Assembly: GCF_964355755.1 (NCBI RefSeq)
Contig: NC_092670.1
Coordinates: forward strand, 20,136,795 to 20,200,794
Origin: Antedon mediterranea
Lineage: Eukaryota; Animalia; Echinodermata
Length of the DNA stretch: 64,000 bases
Reading direction: 5' to 3'
Below the pieces are notes generated by a model, which made no database searches, was not told the origin of the DNA, and worked only from the letters and a program-made list of their open reading frames with translations. Shown piece after piece: positions 1 to 12,774 of this stretch (within the stretch, counting starts at the first letter, position 1; every line of letters starts with the position of its first letter). Both the position numbers and the translations under genes were made by a program.

Positions 1-2854
1 ACCTTTTCGGATGAAGATGATATTGATCTCCATCATTCTGTTAATCGACCAATTAAAACCTATTCCAAGAAAAATTATTCCAAAGATAAAGATGAGATGG
101 ACCATTCAAAAGACTCTAAGAGTGATTTCGATGAAATTATGAAAACAGTCCAAACAAAGGATATTGTCCAAAAAAGGGATGTGTCCAAAACTGAGGATAG
201 TTTCGAAACAAAAGATAGTCCCCGGAACAAGGATGTTGCCCAAACAACAAATATTTCCCCAAAAATGGATGTTTCCCAAGCAATATCAAAAGATATTCAC
301 CAAACAATGAATGTTTCCCGAACAAGGGATGTTCACCAAACAATGAATGTTGTTAGTGAGATAGAAAAAACAAGGGACACAGTTAAAAACAGCGTAGAAC
401 TAAATCAAAATGTTGAGAAAAATGTACAAAGTGAGTCTTTGAAAGTAAGTGATATTAGATGTAAAGAGGTAGAGGTTGTTGTAAAAAAAGTTGATACAAA
501 TGTTGACAGAATTGATGAAAAAAAATATCCATCCATTATGGAATGTTTGAAGACGCCTACAGAAACTCTGGAAATAAAAAATCCAATGTTAGCGCCGTCA
601 TTAAAACGGCAAATAGCAGATGGGGATAGTCACGATACTTGCGAAAGTGATCAAACAACGCCCTCATTTCGTAAACGCGGACGACCGTTTGGAAGCAAAA
701 ATAAACAAAAGCGGCTTACAAAGAAAGAAAAAGCGTTGCTTGAAAGTGAAGGGTTAAATAAGGAAGCAATTGCAAAAAAGGTCAGTATAAAACCAACTTC
801 ATTGAACCAAAAGCTAGCAATGCCTTTACCTCAGACTGTCAGTCAAAAACCAGTTGGACCAGTGTTGCGTATGGTTGGTGCACCAGATAAACCTGTATCA
901 TCTCTTATTGTTAACCAACCAAATGCAGTTGATACAACACTAACAAAGAAAGCAAAACATGTTGATCTATCAAAAAGAATTCATAGGCCGACATCAGGTG
1001 CTGCCGTTGGTTCAACTTATTGCGATGCTGGACGGCCCTGGTTATGTGCACTTTGTGGAAAACCGGCTAATGTGAGTGGTTTGGGGGATCTGTATGGTCC
1101 TTATTACCCTGAAGGATTTAAACCACCAAAACGTTGCGCACAGGAGGAACAAAATAAATCTAATTCTGGAAAACAAACATCAAAAGCAAAGATTTCTAAA
1201 GTTAGTTCTAAAAGTTCAAATTCTAAAAACTCTCAAAGGAGAAAAAGTTCAACTGATAAAGACCCTGAAACAACACCGGAACAAACTAGTAAAAATAATT
1301 CAAAATCCAAAACTTTACCATTGTCAAAATTAAAAACATCCAAGTCTGTTAAACCGCCATCAAAGAACGCATCAACACCAAGTAGTTCAGGTAATAGAAG
1401 GACAAGTTCGACAGACACAGAAAGTTCAAGTATTCTGGATGAGATATGGGTTCATGAAGAGTGTGCTGTGTGGGCGCAAGGTGTTTACCTGGTTGGAGGG
1501 AATATTTATGGTCTACATGAGGCAGTGAAAGCAGCCTGTCAAATGGTATGTTTATTATGTAGCCACAAAAAAAACCTAAATCTCTGCATGTCTGTCTGTG
1601 GGTTTATTCTTGCTATTTGTAGTAATTTCAGTGAAATTTATTTAGTTCAAAGCTTTAGCAAATCTCAAAACTTTACTTTAAGTACATATAATATTGACAT
1701 TTACCATATTATTAATATATTATGTATAAAAAGTTTGGTCATTTTTACAATGATTGTGCCATTCTAAACACTAATTGGATACCAAAAATTGCTAAATTCA
1801 TTGCCAATGGTTAGAAATTCTTAAAATATTTCACAATCCAAGAATCTTCAGTCCAAATTACATTTTTGCTAGAAGAAGTCACTTTTCCAAAAAACCTAAA
1901 CAAATATTTGTACATATATATTCAATTGGTTTTATTTGTTTCTGTTGGAGTTGGATAGCCGAGTGGTTAGGACACTTGACTGTCATACAGATAGACCCGG
2001 GTTCAATTCCCGACAATTCCCAGTCCACTCGGCTGTAAATGAATACCTGGTTGAAAATACTAGGGAGAAAAAGGCGGCATGGAAAGGAACTGGCCACCCT
2101 ACCACATAATGCCGAGGCTTAGTACAATGAGCTCCTAACAGCTCATTCCCCTACGTTCAGAGAACACGGGACTCACCTTTATGCATACATAAGCATAAAG
2201 GATGCATATTTTAAGATACACAGAACACAGATATTTATGCTAATGTGTACCCTTACAAATGTTGATAATAAAAATGCAAATTAGATACAATAATTTTGAA
2301 AAAGTATAAAATATTTAGATATCAAGTTTGATAAAGCCTCAGTTTTAAACTTTAGTGCTTCCTCAACTATCTTGACATAAGCACAAATATTGATAAATGA
2401 TTTGTTCTTATTTTTAGTCCTGTTCTCACTGTAAGCAAATTGGTGCTACATTAGGGTGCTTCAGCAAAGCCTGTACTTGGACATCACATTTCATGTGTTC
2501 TGTAAATGCAGGTAAATATGGTAGTCAAGAGAATATCAATAAACCAATCCTTGTTATCTAACCTACATACTTTTATAACCATATTTGTTTAATTTCAGGT
2601 TGTCTTTTACGAGAAGAAAATTATTCAATGTTGTGTTCCAAACACAAGGTATGTAATGATAATTCTTAAGCTCTATCTACACTGTCAAACTAGTTTGACA
2701 AAAAAAGTGTGATGAACTCAAATATGGTAGTTATATGCACAAATACGGTAGTGATGTCCATATATGGGCACATCACATAAAGTTTGATAGTGTAGACAGA
2801 GCTTTACTACTGTAGTTTATTTCAAGATTTCTACTTTTTTTTTTTCTTCAGTAG
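1..2854 (+). CDS. TCF20: TCF20/RAI1-like chromatin regulator, 3' part (extended PHD/ADD-type finger)
   Basis: Large exon <1-1545 is open from the window edge. It contains an AT-hook-like [25 protein letters not shown] and [20 protein letters not shown] exons follow: 2418-2511 ([27 protein letters not shown]), 2599-2648 ([16 protein letters not shown]) and a terminal exon starting with TAG at 2852-2854. This matches the RAI1/TCF20 ePHD. The listed ORF 97..1767 runs into intron after 1545. Confidence 0.88.
1947..2181 (+). mobile_element. tRNA-derived SINE
   Basis: Pol III A box TAGCCGAGTGG (1956-1966) and B box GGTTCAATTCC (2000-2010) are followed by about 170 bp of non-tRNA body (CCACTCGGCTGTAAATGAATACCTGG...). 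The anticodon stem does not pair and the element is intronic. Confidence 0.75.
2669..2803. mobile_element. PIF/Harbinger-type MITE family A (TIR AGCTCTGTCTACACTATCAAACT)
   Basis: Terminal inverted repeats with TTA/TTA target duplication and internal CACTACCATATTTGG repeats. Other copies: 5594-5715 (TAA/TAA), ~11303-11450, ~15881-15970, 16650-16811 (TTA/TTA), ~21107-21240, ~21301-21395, ~21736-21845, 28205-28328, 28811-29050, ~43500-43628, ~44595-44704, ~49691-49830, ~56696-56848, ~63768-63815. Confidence 0.85.
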
Positions 2855-3139
2855 AATATGTCTACCGTTCTTATTGCTTCTTGACAATTACTTGCATGGT
2901 ACAATAAACATATCCACCACCCACATATCTTGTTCTTGTCCCCACCTGAGGGTGCAGCTCACAGGCAATACCACTGTCTTGGCAAAATATTTTGCTTTTG
3001 AAAATAGAAGAATAGTCCCACTGATCCAAAACCAAAAAGTAGGAGGAGTAGAAATAAAAGTGGAAAGTCAAAGGACAATTCTAATAATGGAAATAAATCA
3101 TTTGAAAATGGTGTCGGTTTAGAAGAAGACGACAACCAT

Positions 3140-3289
3140 ACCTTTTCGGATCATCATCATTCTGTTAATCAACCAATTAAAACCTATTCCAAGAAAAATT
3201 ATTTCAAAGATAAAGATGAGATGGACCATATAAAAGACCCTAAGAGTGATATTGTCCAAAAAATGGGTGTTTCCAAAACTGAGGATAGT
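3140..3289 (+). repeat. Degenerate duplicate of TCF20-like coding sequence located in its own 3' UTR
   Basis: ACCTTTTCGGAT...CATCATTCTGTTAATC.ACCAATTAAAACCTATTCCAAGAAAAATTATT.CAAAGATAAAGATGAGATGGACCAT...GAGGATAGT matches window positions 1-201, with internal deletions. Confidence 0.85.
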
Positions 3290-6200
3290 GGTTTAGTTTC
3301 CTCTTGAAGGGGATAAGGCCAATGCCGGTTTATCCAGGTAAACTAGCACTCTTAGACTACCAACACCACTATCAATTTGTGTAGTTCCTGTCCTGTTCTT
3401 ACAGGAAAATGTGATCTTACCAGAGGTGTCCCAAAGGAATGGTTCCACTATAGTTACTATGCTTGAATAAAACTTATAGTGAATGTTGTTGCATTGCAGA
3501 ATAAGATGGTGAAGATGAAGGATGACACTTAACAAGAATTCACACCACATAGAGGAAAACATCCTGACTTCTGGATATTGCCATCAAGAAGACAACAAAT
3601 CATAGAAGAGGACTGCCTTTTTAGCTATTACCACTTTCATTATTTCATATGTTAAAACGACCATGTTTGGTAAAAATATCCATTGTATGAAACAAAATGA
3701 TTGATTTGCAGAAAGATTGTAATAGTGAATAGTGGATTTCATGGAGATTTTAGACGTATGATGTACTCTGGGTTATTTCTAGAGGGCACAATGTATTCCA
3801 GAACAACATGATACTTTATATTGGGGAAAATAGTTGACTTGAGATAGGATAGGCTTTTGCCTTAGGTTATGCGTTCTTTCTTAGGTTTGCCTATACCCTG
3901 ACATAAAACCCACACTTTTTTATACTGCCTATACATTGAATGGACCTGTATTTTAGAATGAACCCAAAGTTTATATGCTGACTCACAGAGATCATTTAAG
4001 TTGAGTGCATAATATTTCTATGTTTGAGTTCAACTAATATAATATCTCTTTGCTCGTACCTAGTATCTGCTTACCTGAAAACTGCGTTACTACCTGTATT
4101 GGTTTGTAGTATTTTCAAACAAAAAAGCAAATTTGGCTAAATGTTGATTGGTAGAAGCCCATGGTTAGGAAGGTATTGAATCTGGTTCAGAGTGATTAGA
4201 TTTTTAGGATCAAACGCATTGTTCCCGATTTTGCATTGAATAAAAGCAACGATGTATTGGAAATCATTGAGGAATGCATTTGTTTCAATTTGGCACACAC
4301 TGTATGGATGGTCTATTATGTCTGAGGGTCTGTGACATCTGTAAATGTTTGGTATCTTGGAAAATGTGGTGCAGCATCAGATCGGTATTGAGTGTTTCTG
4401 ACTAGTCTGCTTAGGTATATGTTGGTTATCTGTGCATGTCCAGCAACACACTGACATTGTCGATCAATGTTTGATGTTTGTACAGGAATGTTTCAAAACG
4501 ATATTTGTGATTGGAAAAGACATTTGAAAATTAAAACATTACTTTTAACACTATTGATTATCAATGCTGTATCTCCACATATGACAATATATGTCTAGTG
4601 TCACAGGCAATTCCTATCACATGTGATTACTGTATCATGGAAGGGTTTTGACTTTGCATGTGCTTCACATGTGCTGCTGTATCAGATAATCTGCCTATGA
4701 TACTGGAAACGTTTAGATACATACCGAGAATCGACTAAATGATTTACAATATCTCACTTTAGACAAATCAAAGTTTATGTTTACATCATCTATTTTTAGT
4801 CTCTTAGTAAATATTAGAGGTCATATATTTTGCTCACTTATATTATTAATGTATGTTTTGTTTTAGAAAATCAATTCTATGTTGTACATATTGTTAGACA
4901 ATGTTAAATTGGGAAATGTGTTAGTATAGCATGTGGGTATCTATTATCTTTGCATTATATATGTACATTTATTTATTTTTACCTTTCATAACCACAGCAG
5001 TTTCTAAATCTAAATGGGGGACGTTTTTCACGTTTATTTATGCTTAAGAATCTATATTTGCGTGTTGCATTGTTTCTAAAAATAACCCAACATCTATTTT
5101 TGGAACTATAGATTTAAGTTTATACATTACTGTCTTCCAGTGTGACTATCTTAGTAGTATTATGTTTTTGGGTCAAAGTGAAGATATAAGAAGAACATAC
5201 AGTAATTATTTTGATTTTTTTTTAACCTAATAACCACATTGAACATTTACACAATAAAGTCGATATTAGGAGCTCAATGATCTATTATGTATAGACTTAT
5301 TGTGTATTTGGAGGAGTATCAAATATGTCTATCGAAATGTGTGTACAATACTATGCTAAGTTGTTAATGTTACTGCAATACTTACGAAGTTAACAATAGA
5401 AACGCATAATATGAACAGTTAGTTTTCGCATGGAGGAATATTTTCCCCAAATTCCTCCTCCATGGTTTTTGCCTACATTCTGGTCCATTGGCATGTTGTA
5501 AATGTAATGTTATTGTGGTTCAGAATAGTTAAATTGTTCAATTAGTATTGTATGGTTTTGTAGATATTATATTTACTTAAACACAATCTTTAAAGCTCTG
5601 TCTACACTATCAAACTTTATGTGACAAAAATCGTGCCTATATATGGACATGATGATATCATATCACTACCATATTTGGGAATATCACCACCATATTTGAT
5701 AGTGTAGACAGAGCTTAAGAAAATAATGCATGATGCGTCGTTGATATTTATTGAAAATGTTTTAAAGACATTTTTATTTGTTGTGTATTTTACAAAGGGA
5801 AAGTGAAGCTTTTGTTAGTATCTCTTTTTCATAAAAAACATAATTAGCAAGTTCCGTTATGTATAGTGTATGAAACCTAAGTTGGTACTTTTGCTGTTTG
5901 TGTAAAATAAAACAGGAAAATTACAGTTTCTGTAATAAGTAAGAATTAATAAAAAAGAAATTAATTTTGTGAAACTTACTAAAAGTTTTTATCTGTGATC
6001 TATTGGTTTGTTTTAATTTTCGAACTTATTTGTGCTCCTGCCTATATACATAACCGTTGTATTTATCAATCGTACTTTGTTACAGGTTCTACGCGCCTCG
6101 TTTATCAGCTGTAATGTGGCATTTATGCGCATTTTTTTATAAAAATACACTAATACAAAATGTCAATGTTTATGGTGTTTAATTAGTACCGTACACATTG

Positions 6201-7524
6201 TTATGTAAGCGTCTATTTGTAACACTTTTGATGAGGGGTTAATTTTTGAATTAATAATTGCAATATTGTTGCCACATTGTATTGTTTGGTACACCATAGA
6301 GATATTATAATATCTCTACGGGATACTACTTTATAATCACCTCTTCAAATACAATACATTCATTCAGAGTAAAGTCTCCTTTTCGACCATAAATTTATGA
6401 TTAAACTCTCTTACATCGCAATCTATTAAAGTTCATAATCTCTTTCTACATTGAATAATATACGATATAGCGTTTGTCTTTACGCACACGATATTTTGTA
6501 TTGGATACTGTAATGTATACTTATAGTGTTTCTAATCAATAGGAATCAATACACTGTCTGTATTCGTCTTACGGCCAAATGTGCTATAATGCGACGGAGG
6601 CGTTCCATAGTTTCTTGACGGGCTAATTATCATGTTGTATAGGATGTATTTTAATTAGACTCAGTTCAGCATTGGACAATTAAGCATGTGTTTTGTATAA
6701 TTATGCTTAACGATGGAGACAATCTTCACGATACATACATGATGCCGGGTTTAAATGATTTTTGCTGTATGTCAACAGTCATCGTGGATTTTATAGGCCT
6801 ATATATTGTAGCATGAAAAAAGGTGAACGCACAAAATTGTTATATTGTTGGTTGACAAATGCATATAATAGTGAATCTAAGCTTCTGTTCATTTAGTCGA
6901 GTCTTTTAGTATCCAGAGGCATTTATATTGTATTGTGTCGCAGATGATTTTCAAATGATAGTGCGGTGGTAAACACTTTGCTCTATAAACCCCCAAGTTA
7001 AATATTTACTGCTACGTCGATGTAAATATTCGGTTTTATCAGGTAGGCCTACCACTGTATTTTAATAATTTAAAAATAGATTAAAAGGATCACCACCTAC
7101 TGCGTCGACACCATACAAGCGACTTTAGCTATTATATTTCAGAATAATTATGCAATCAAAAATGGGTTTCCATTCTAAATTGATAATTAACACAGTCTGA
7201 CAAAATACGTGGTAAACCATAATGACGACGTTTTGTGAAATGCCTCAGTAGAATATGAATCTACTAATATGATCGTAATATTGATGTACCAGTCAATAAC
7301 CTACGTAACAATCTAAACATCTTAATCAAACGTTTCGTTCGAATACCGTGTAGCTCATCATAACTACAATAATTGCCCATTTTATTTTTTAATTCAGATA
7401 TGAGTGGTTCGGCGTGACGCAGATATTAGTCTACTGCACCGTCTGTGACATTTTGTCTTGAATTTCATGATACCTGAGCCAACATACGTTTAACTGCATT
7501 CATACATTAATACTGTATTTAAAA

Positions 7525-10500
7525 ATGGCTAATACTGAACACCGTATTCTTCGGAATATCTCTATTGATTCTATTAACACAGAAGACGACGACGGCGAGC
7601 GGAAAGACGGTGTTTGTCCTAACGTACCTATAGATAGATATAACGGAGTTTATATATCTCTAGTACTTGCTGGAATAGGATTTTTACTACCGTATAACAG
7701 CTTTATAACGGCAGTTGACTACTTTCACGATCGGTACCCGGGAAGTACAATTGTTTTTGATATAAGTCTGACGTATATTATCATAGCATTTGCCGCCGTA
7801 CTTTTAAATAATATTTTGGTTGAGACACTTTCGTTTACGTTTCGTATAACGTTTGGTTACGTCGTAGCGTTCTTTTCTTTGACGTTGATAGCGGTATTGG
7901 AAATTGGACTGAATGTGTTTTCCGTTGATACAAGTTACGTAATAGTGTTGACTGCTGTTGCCATAGTTTCCTTTGGGTGCACAGGTAAGTAAGCAATTTT
8001 TATGACGTTTTTTTATGATGATGATGATGATGTTGATGATGTTGTTCATGATGATGATGATGGTGGTGCTGATGATGATGATGTTGTTCATGCTGATGAT
8101 TATGATGTTGATGATGATGATGGTGATGATGATGATTATGATGAAGATTATTATAGGCCTAAGGATATGCTTAATATGGTTGTTGATGATCGGAAAAAAT
8201 ATGAGCCATGAGCATTGGGGATTGATTAGAACGGTTGAACAATGTATTTTTTGTCTTTCAAACAGTGCAACAATCGAGTTACTATGGTTACGCTGGAATG
8301 TTACCAAAAAAGTATACGCAAGCTGTAATGACCGGAGAGAGTAAGTTTTGATTTATACAAACTGTAAAGCTTGGTTCCCACTAGAACGTAACGCAAGGAC
8401 GTAAACGCAACGCAAGCGTTTTAACCAATAACAAGCGAAGTTATACAGTTAGCAATCACAAGCGAATAAGCCATCGCTTGTGATTGGTCAATTCACTTGC
8501 GCTGCGTTACGTCCTTGCGTTGCGTCGCTAGTAGGAACTACGCTTTAACCTAAACGTCAATTTAAGTCCATTCGGACGCAACGCAATAACGTATGCGCAA
8601 CGCAAGTAATCTGACCAATTACGACATGATGGATGATGGTCCATCACGTCCTGATTGGTCAAATTACTTTCGTTGCGCTGACGTCCTAGTGGGAAGTTTA
8701 CGTTGTTGTCCAGCTATCTATAAGTTTCTTGTGCTCACCACTGAAAATATAGATGAGAGTTGAGCACGCAAGACCACCAGCATATACCGGTACCTGCGAT
8801 GATCTTTATCTGCTATCGATTCCGAATAGCCGGAAGCCTGACTACATCTAATTCATTTTAGTTAACCATTATAAACCTAATTGTGCTCATTATATTAATG
8901 ATTAAATTGGTTTCCATTGTTCTCTTGCAGGCACAGCTGGCCTCTTAACGTCTCTTATACGAATATTCACCAAACTAGCTCTACACAATGAACGTATAAA
9001 TACTCTATTGTTCTTCGTGTTTTCTTCTATTGTCATACTCGTCTGTTTTGTGACGTACCACGCGAGTAGGAATAGTCCTTTTGTGAAATATCATGTTGCG
9101 ATCTGTTCGAAAGAAGGGCGTGCGGCGGAGACGTCTGGTGGCTTCAGCGTGATGGTGGACGAGGATGAGGTAGGCCTAATGAAAGTTTAAAAACCATAAC
9201 CACGCAAGAGTCCCTTCTTATATTGTAATTACAAGTGAAATACGAGAAAACATACTATACTGAATGTAGACACATCCAGTTCCGCTCAACAAACTTTTCA
9301 AATACGATCATGCCACTGGACTAACACTTTAAACAAAACAAAAAGACTATGCCTTCCATACCTATATTAATAAATAAATTAATTCTTATTGCATACCTAA
9401 GTTCGATTTATATTCACCACGTTTTGTAGGCCTATTTATTGTTGAGTTTGATTGTAAATCGTTTTACATACAATAACTATGTATTGATTGTGTAATATAA
9501 TATTACTGTAAATAATTAATTCTTGATATTTTGAATATGATATTCCGTCCCTTGAGATTGACATTTATTAATATTTAATAATAAATTAATAATAGTATTA
9601 GTATAATTATATCTGATAATGTGAATGAAACAATCATGCCTTCATAACTTCAAACTACCTTACAAAATAAGAACTGGTAACCATATCAATTCAATTCAAC
9701 ATTTAATTCAACCAAAAATCAGCAATCAACATATATATATATATAAAAAAATATCATTTGGTCGCCGAGGGACTCAAATAAGTCCGTGCATTGTCACCCC
9801 TCCGCATGACACATACTAATTGCATAACGTTATGTAAACATAGAAACAATTTTACAGTCCGATCACAAAACAAAAAATCACATGTGATATCACATTATGA
9901 TACTAATGATTACGTTTCTTGTAGCAATTGGTAGATGATGGTATGACAGATGCTAATACATGTGATGATAATGACGAGCTTAATAATGATGATACCACCA
10001 GTGACGTCAGGTTCCACCATACACGATTTAGCCAACAGAACAGTTTTGAAATGGAAATTTATCGACCATCCTCCTATAAATATATTAAGATGTACAACTC
10101 TATCAAAAGTAGGTCTAATTGTTACGGTATCTTATATAATTAAATTATGGCCTTATTATTATCATTATTGTCTTCCTCCTAATCATCATCGGAATCGCTA
10201 TCATCATGATTATCTATCATCATTAAGTCCGTAAGTTTTAGGGGGTGAATGTTCTTTATTCCCACAAAAGGATAACAAATCGTCATGAGCATAGGCTAGT
10301 TACCGGGCCTATTTTCATCTGCATCATTCATCACTATTAATCATATTATTTATTATCGCCGTGTTACAATAGTAATTTGTATATTTTTCTTCTGTAGGAG
10401 GCATTCTAAAGCGTTATCAGCTATCTAAGCAAGTGTGGTTATACATGCTATCGATTGCTATCACCTACTTTGTGACGTTGTGCTTGTTTCCAGGGATTGA

Positions 10501-11683
10501 ATCCGAGCTAATCAATTGCACGCTCGGTGATTGGATGCCCATAATTATTATGGCTATATTTAATGCTACAGATCTTATTGGCAAGGTAACATTTTAAATG
10601 ATGCTTTAATCACATATTCTCTTGAATTAGACATCACTTATTGAAGACTTTTATATAGAAACCATTGTTGAACAAAATGTAATAATTGTTGGTAGGGTAA
10701 TTTTGATTTAAACCAAACTGTAAGACCTCTTAAACGTTCGGTTCCGAGGGCCCTGACGTAGAGTAAACGCAACGTAATTTAATCTAGCTTCCCAATGACG
10801 CAACGCCAGCACAACGTTTATGATGATCTACCGCGTCGTAATTGGTCAAACGTAAGCGTAGAGTGGGTACCAAGATTTAAAATAGATAACATACCGTAAC
10901 GCCGATGCAATGGCATTGCAGTACTGACTTAAACCTCCTTAACATTAACGAGACACAATCACTGCATGTAGACATACGTAACGTAACGTACCTATGTTTT
11001 TAGCTACCGTAATTTTTTTTTGACATTTTTTTTCAGTTATTGGCTGCATTACCGTTCTCTTGGAAACCAAAAAATCTTCTGATTGCAACTAGTGCTCGTA
11101 TTGTCTTGGTGCCTCTCATGGTGCTCTGTGTTGTTCCCAGACGATCCCCCACTCTGTCAAACTCCGTGTGGGCAATGATATTTTCAGCACTTCTTGGTGT
11201 GTCCAACGGCTATTTTGGTAGTCTACCAATGATAATCGCGCCAACAACCGTGGCAGACGAGAAACGGGAACTTACTGGTAAATATTGAATTTATTGTTTT
11301 TAAAGCTTTGTCTAAACTATCAAACTTTAAGTGACAAAAAATGTTATGTGCCCATATATGGACATGATGATATCATATCACTATTTAAGCATATCACTAC
11401 TATATTTGGGCACAGTCACACTTTTTTTGTCAAACTAGTTTGAAAGTGTAGTAAGAACTACACCTCGGGGGAATTTGACACACATAGATCCTCCTTAAAA
11501 GTTATGCTATATACCGTAATTCATAATATTATTATATTTCTATTATTTATAGGTAACATAATGACACTGTCATACAATGTTGGGCTGACCAGCGGATCTG
11601 CTATTGCCTACGCTATCAATGGTTTGATTGGTCCAGCTGTCAATCTGTGCACGTCAACATTTCTTATTCAGAAAGGACCATAA
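7525..11683 (+). CDS. SLC29A4: Equilibrative nucleoside transporter 4 (ENT4/PMAT)
   Basis: Exons 7525-7984, 8266-8340, 8931-9169, 9925-10108, 10398-10585, 11037-11277 and 11553-11683 are all GT-AG and in phase. Motifs: LAGIGFLLPYNSFITAVDY, VQQSSYYGYAGMLPKKYTQAVMTGES, YMLSIAITYFVTLCLFPGIESE, LLGVSNGYFGSLPMI, RELTGNIMTLSY. Confidence 0.93.
8017..8146. repeat. Imperfect (GAT)n microsatellite, intronic
   Basis: About 130 bp of GAT/GTT/GGT triplets. It produces the spurious poly-D, poly-M and poly-I ORFs. Confidence 0.95.
8368..8544. mobile_element. PIF/Harbinger-type MITE family B (TIR AGCTTGGTTCCCACTAG)
   Basis: TIRs enclose ACGCAACGCAA repeats and CCAAT motifs. A near-identical inverted copy lies at 48160-48354 with TTA/TTA TSD. 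Degenerate copies at ~8570-8697, ~10735-10877 and ~49160-49320. Confidence 0.82.
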
Positions 11684-11844
11684 GTGTGAATCCCTGTCCG
11701 AATCTTTTCGATGAATTCAAATAATTTATGATTACTTCACCTACTGTGCACAGTTGTTGTTATTTGTTGTGTTACACGTCACCTAGGATAGCCCACTAAG
11801 TCTGTAGACCAGTGGGGTCCTTGTTCCTATTGTTGTGATTTGTC

Positions 11845-11950
11845 AGTACAGCGGGAGATGATCCCCTACTATTTTTCGAAGAGTGGACTGCGTTCTTTAA
11901 CGTGCACATGAGGCATGTTGTACACGGGACCAACGGTTAAACGTCTTTCA
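11845..11950 (-). mobile_element. Deu/Nin-domain SINE fragment in the ENT4 3' UTR
   Basis: The reverse complement reads GACGTTTAACCGTTGGTCCCGTG...CACGTTAAAGAACGCAGTCCACTCTTCGAAAAATAGTAGGGG. This resembles the conserved central domain of DeuSINE/Nin-SINEs as I recall it. Confidence 0.55.
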
Positions 11951-12774
11951 ATTCCATGGAAGCCATAAGTTGCTGGTTCAACAAAAATATGATCTTATTT
12001 TGTATTGAGTGAGGCAGAGAAGCAAATTTAAGGTTACCAAATTAATGGTTTTACATTTTGTCCGTCCAAAGTATTTCAAAAATCAAAACCCTTGCACTGT
12101 ACGTAAACTATATTTGTGTTGTGTGGTAGATGTAATATACAATGACTATTATGTCGTTGGTATCCAATGGTAGGCCTACAGACAATTCGTCGTGAGAATG
12201 TGTAGTTCTTTTTGTTGCCATAAGTAAAAAGAAATCACTACTGTATATAAAAAATACCATTCGAAGTGGAAAACTACGGTACTTTAACACGTGTCCGAGG
12301 TATAAATAATGTAAAACGTTTATATAGCAATAATTGTAAAAGTGATATTAAGTAGAGTAACATTTACGACATTCTTGAGTGTATATGGTCGGATTTCTCT
12401 TGCCAAGTGTTGTGGTCAGTTTGAAAGGTTCCTCAATGAGAACTTCATAAATCACATTACGTGATAGGCATTAAAGTTAGTGTGTGGGATTTCGTACGTA
12501 AAATAAAAAACCAAGGTAAAATACAACATTTTAGAAATACAATATTTATTGTATAATTTCAAAATACTGTACACGCTTATATTTATATTAGTGTGAAAGA
12601 TTGTTTAATTTTACCACATATGTGAACTTAACATAATGGTTCCTATTTTATGTAAAATAAATATAAATAAATATTATGGAAAATTCAGTGATTTTTTTAT
12701 TTTTCGCCAAAATCATTTAAAGTGTTAAAATATGATCATGTAAGTACCACACAACCGATTAATGATATTCGAAA

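Noticed and set aside
1546-1767. Hydrophobic C-terminus of ORF 97..1767
   Set aside because: Intron read-through; the ePHD continues in the exon at 2418.
1947-2015. Possible tRNA-Asp gene
   Set aside because: A and B boxes are present, but the anticodon stem does not pair and a SINE-like body follows.
7804-8344. Poly-Asp, poly-Met and poly-Ile ORFs
   Set aside because: Artefacts of an intronic (GAT)n microsatellite.
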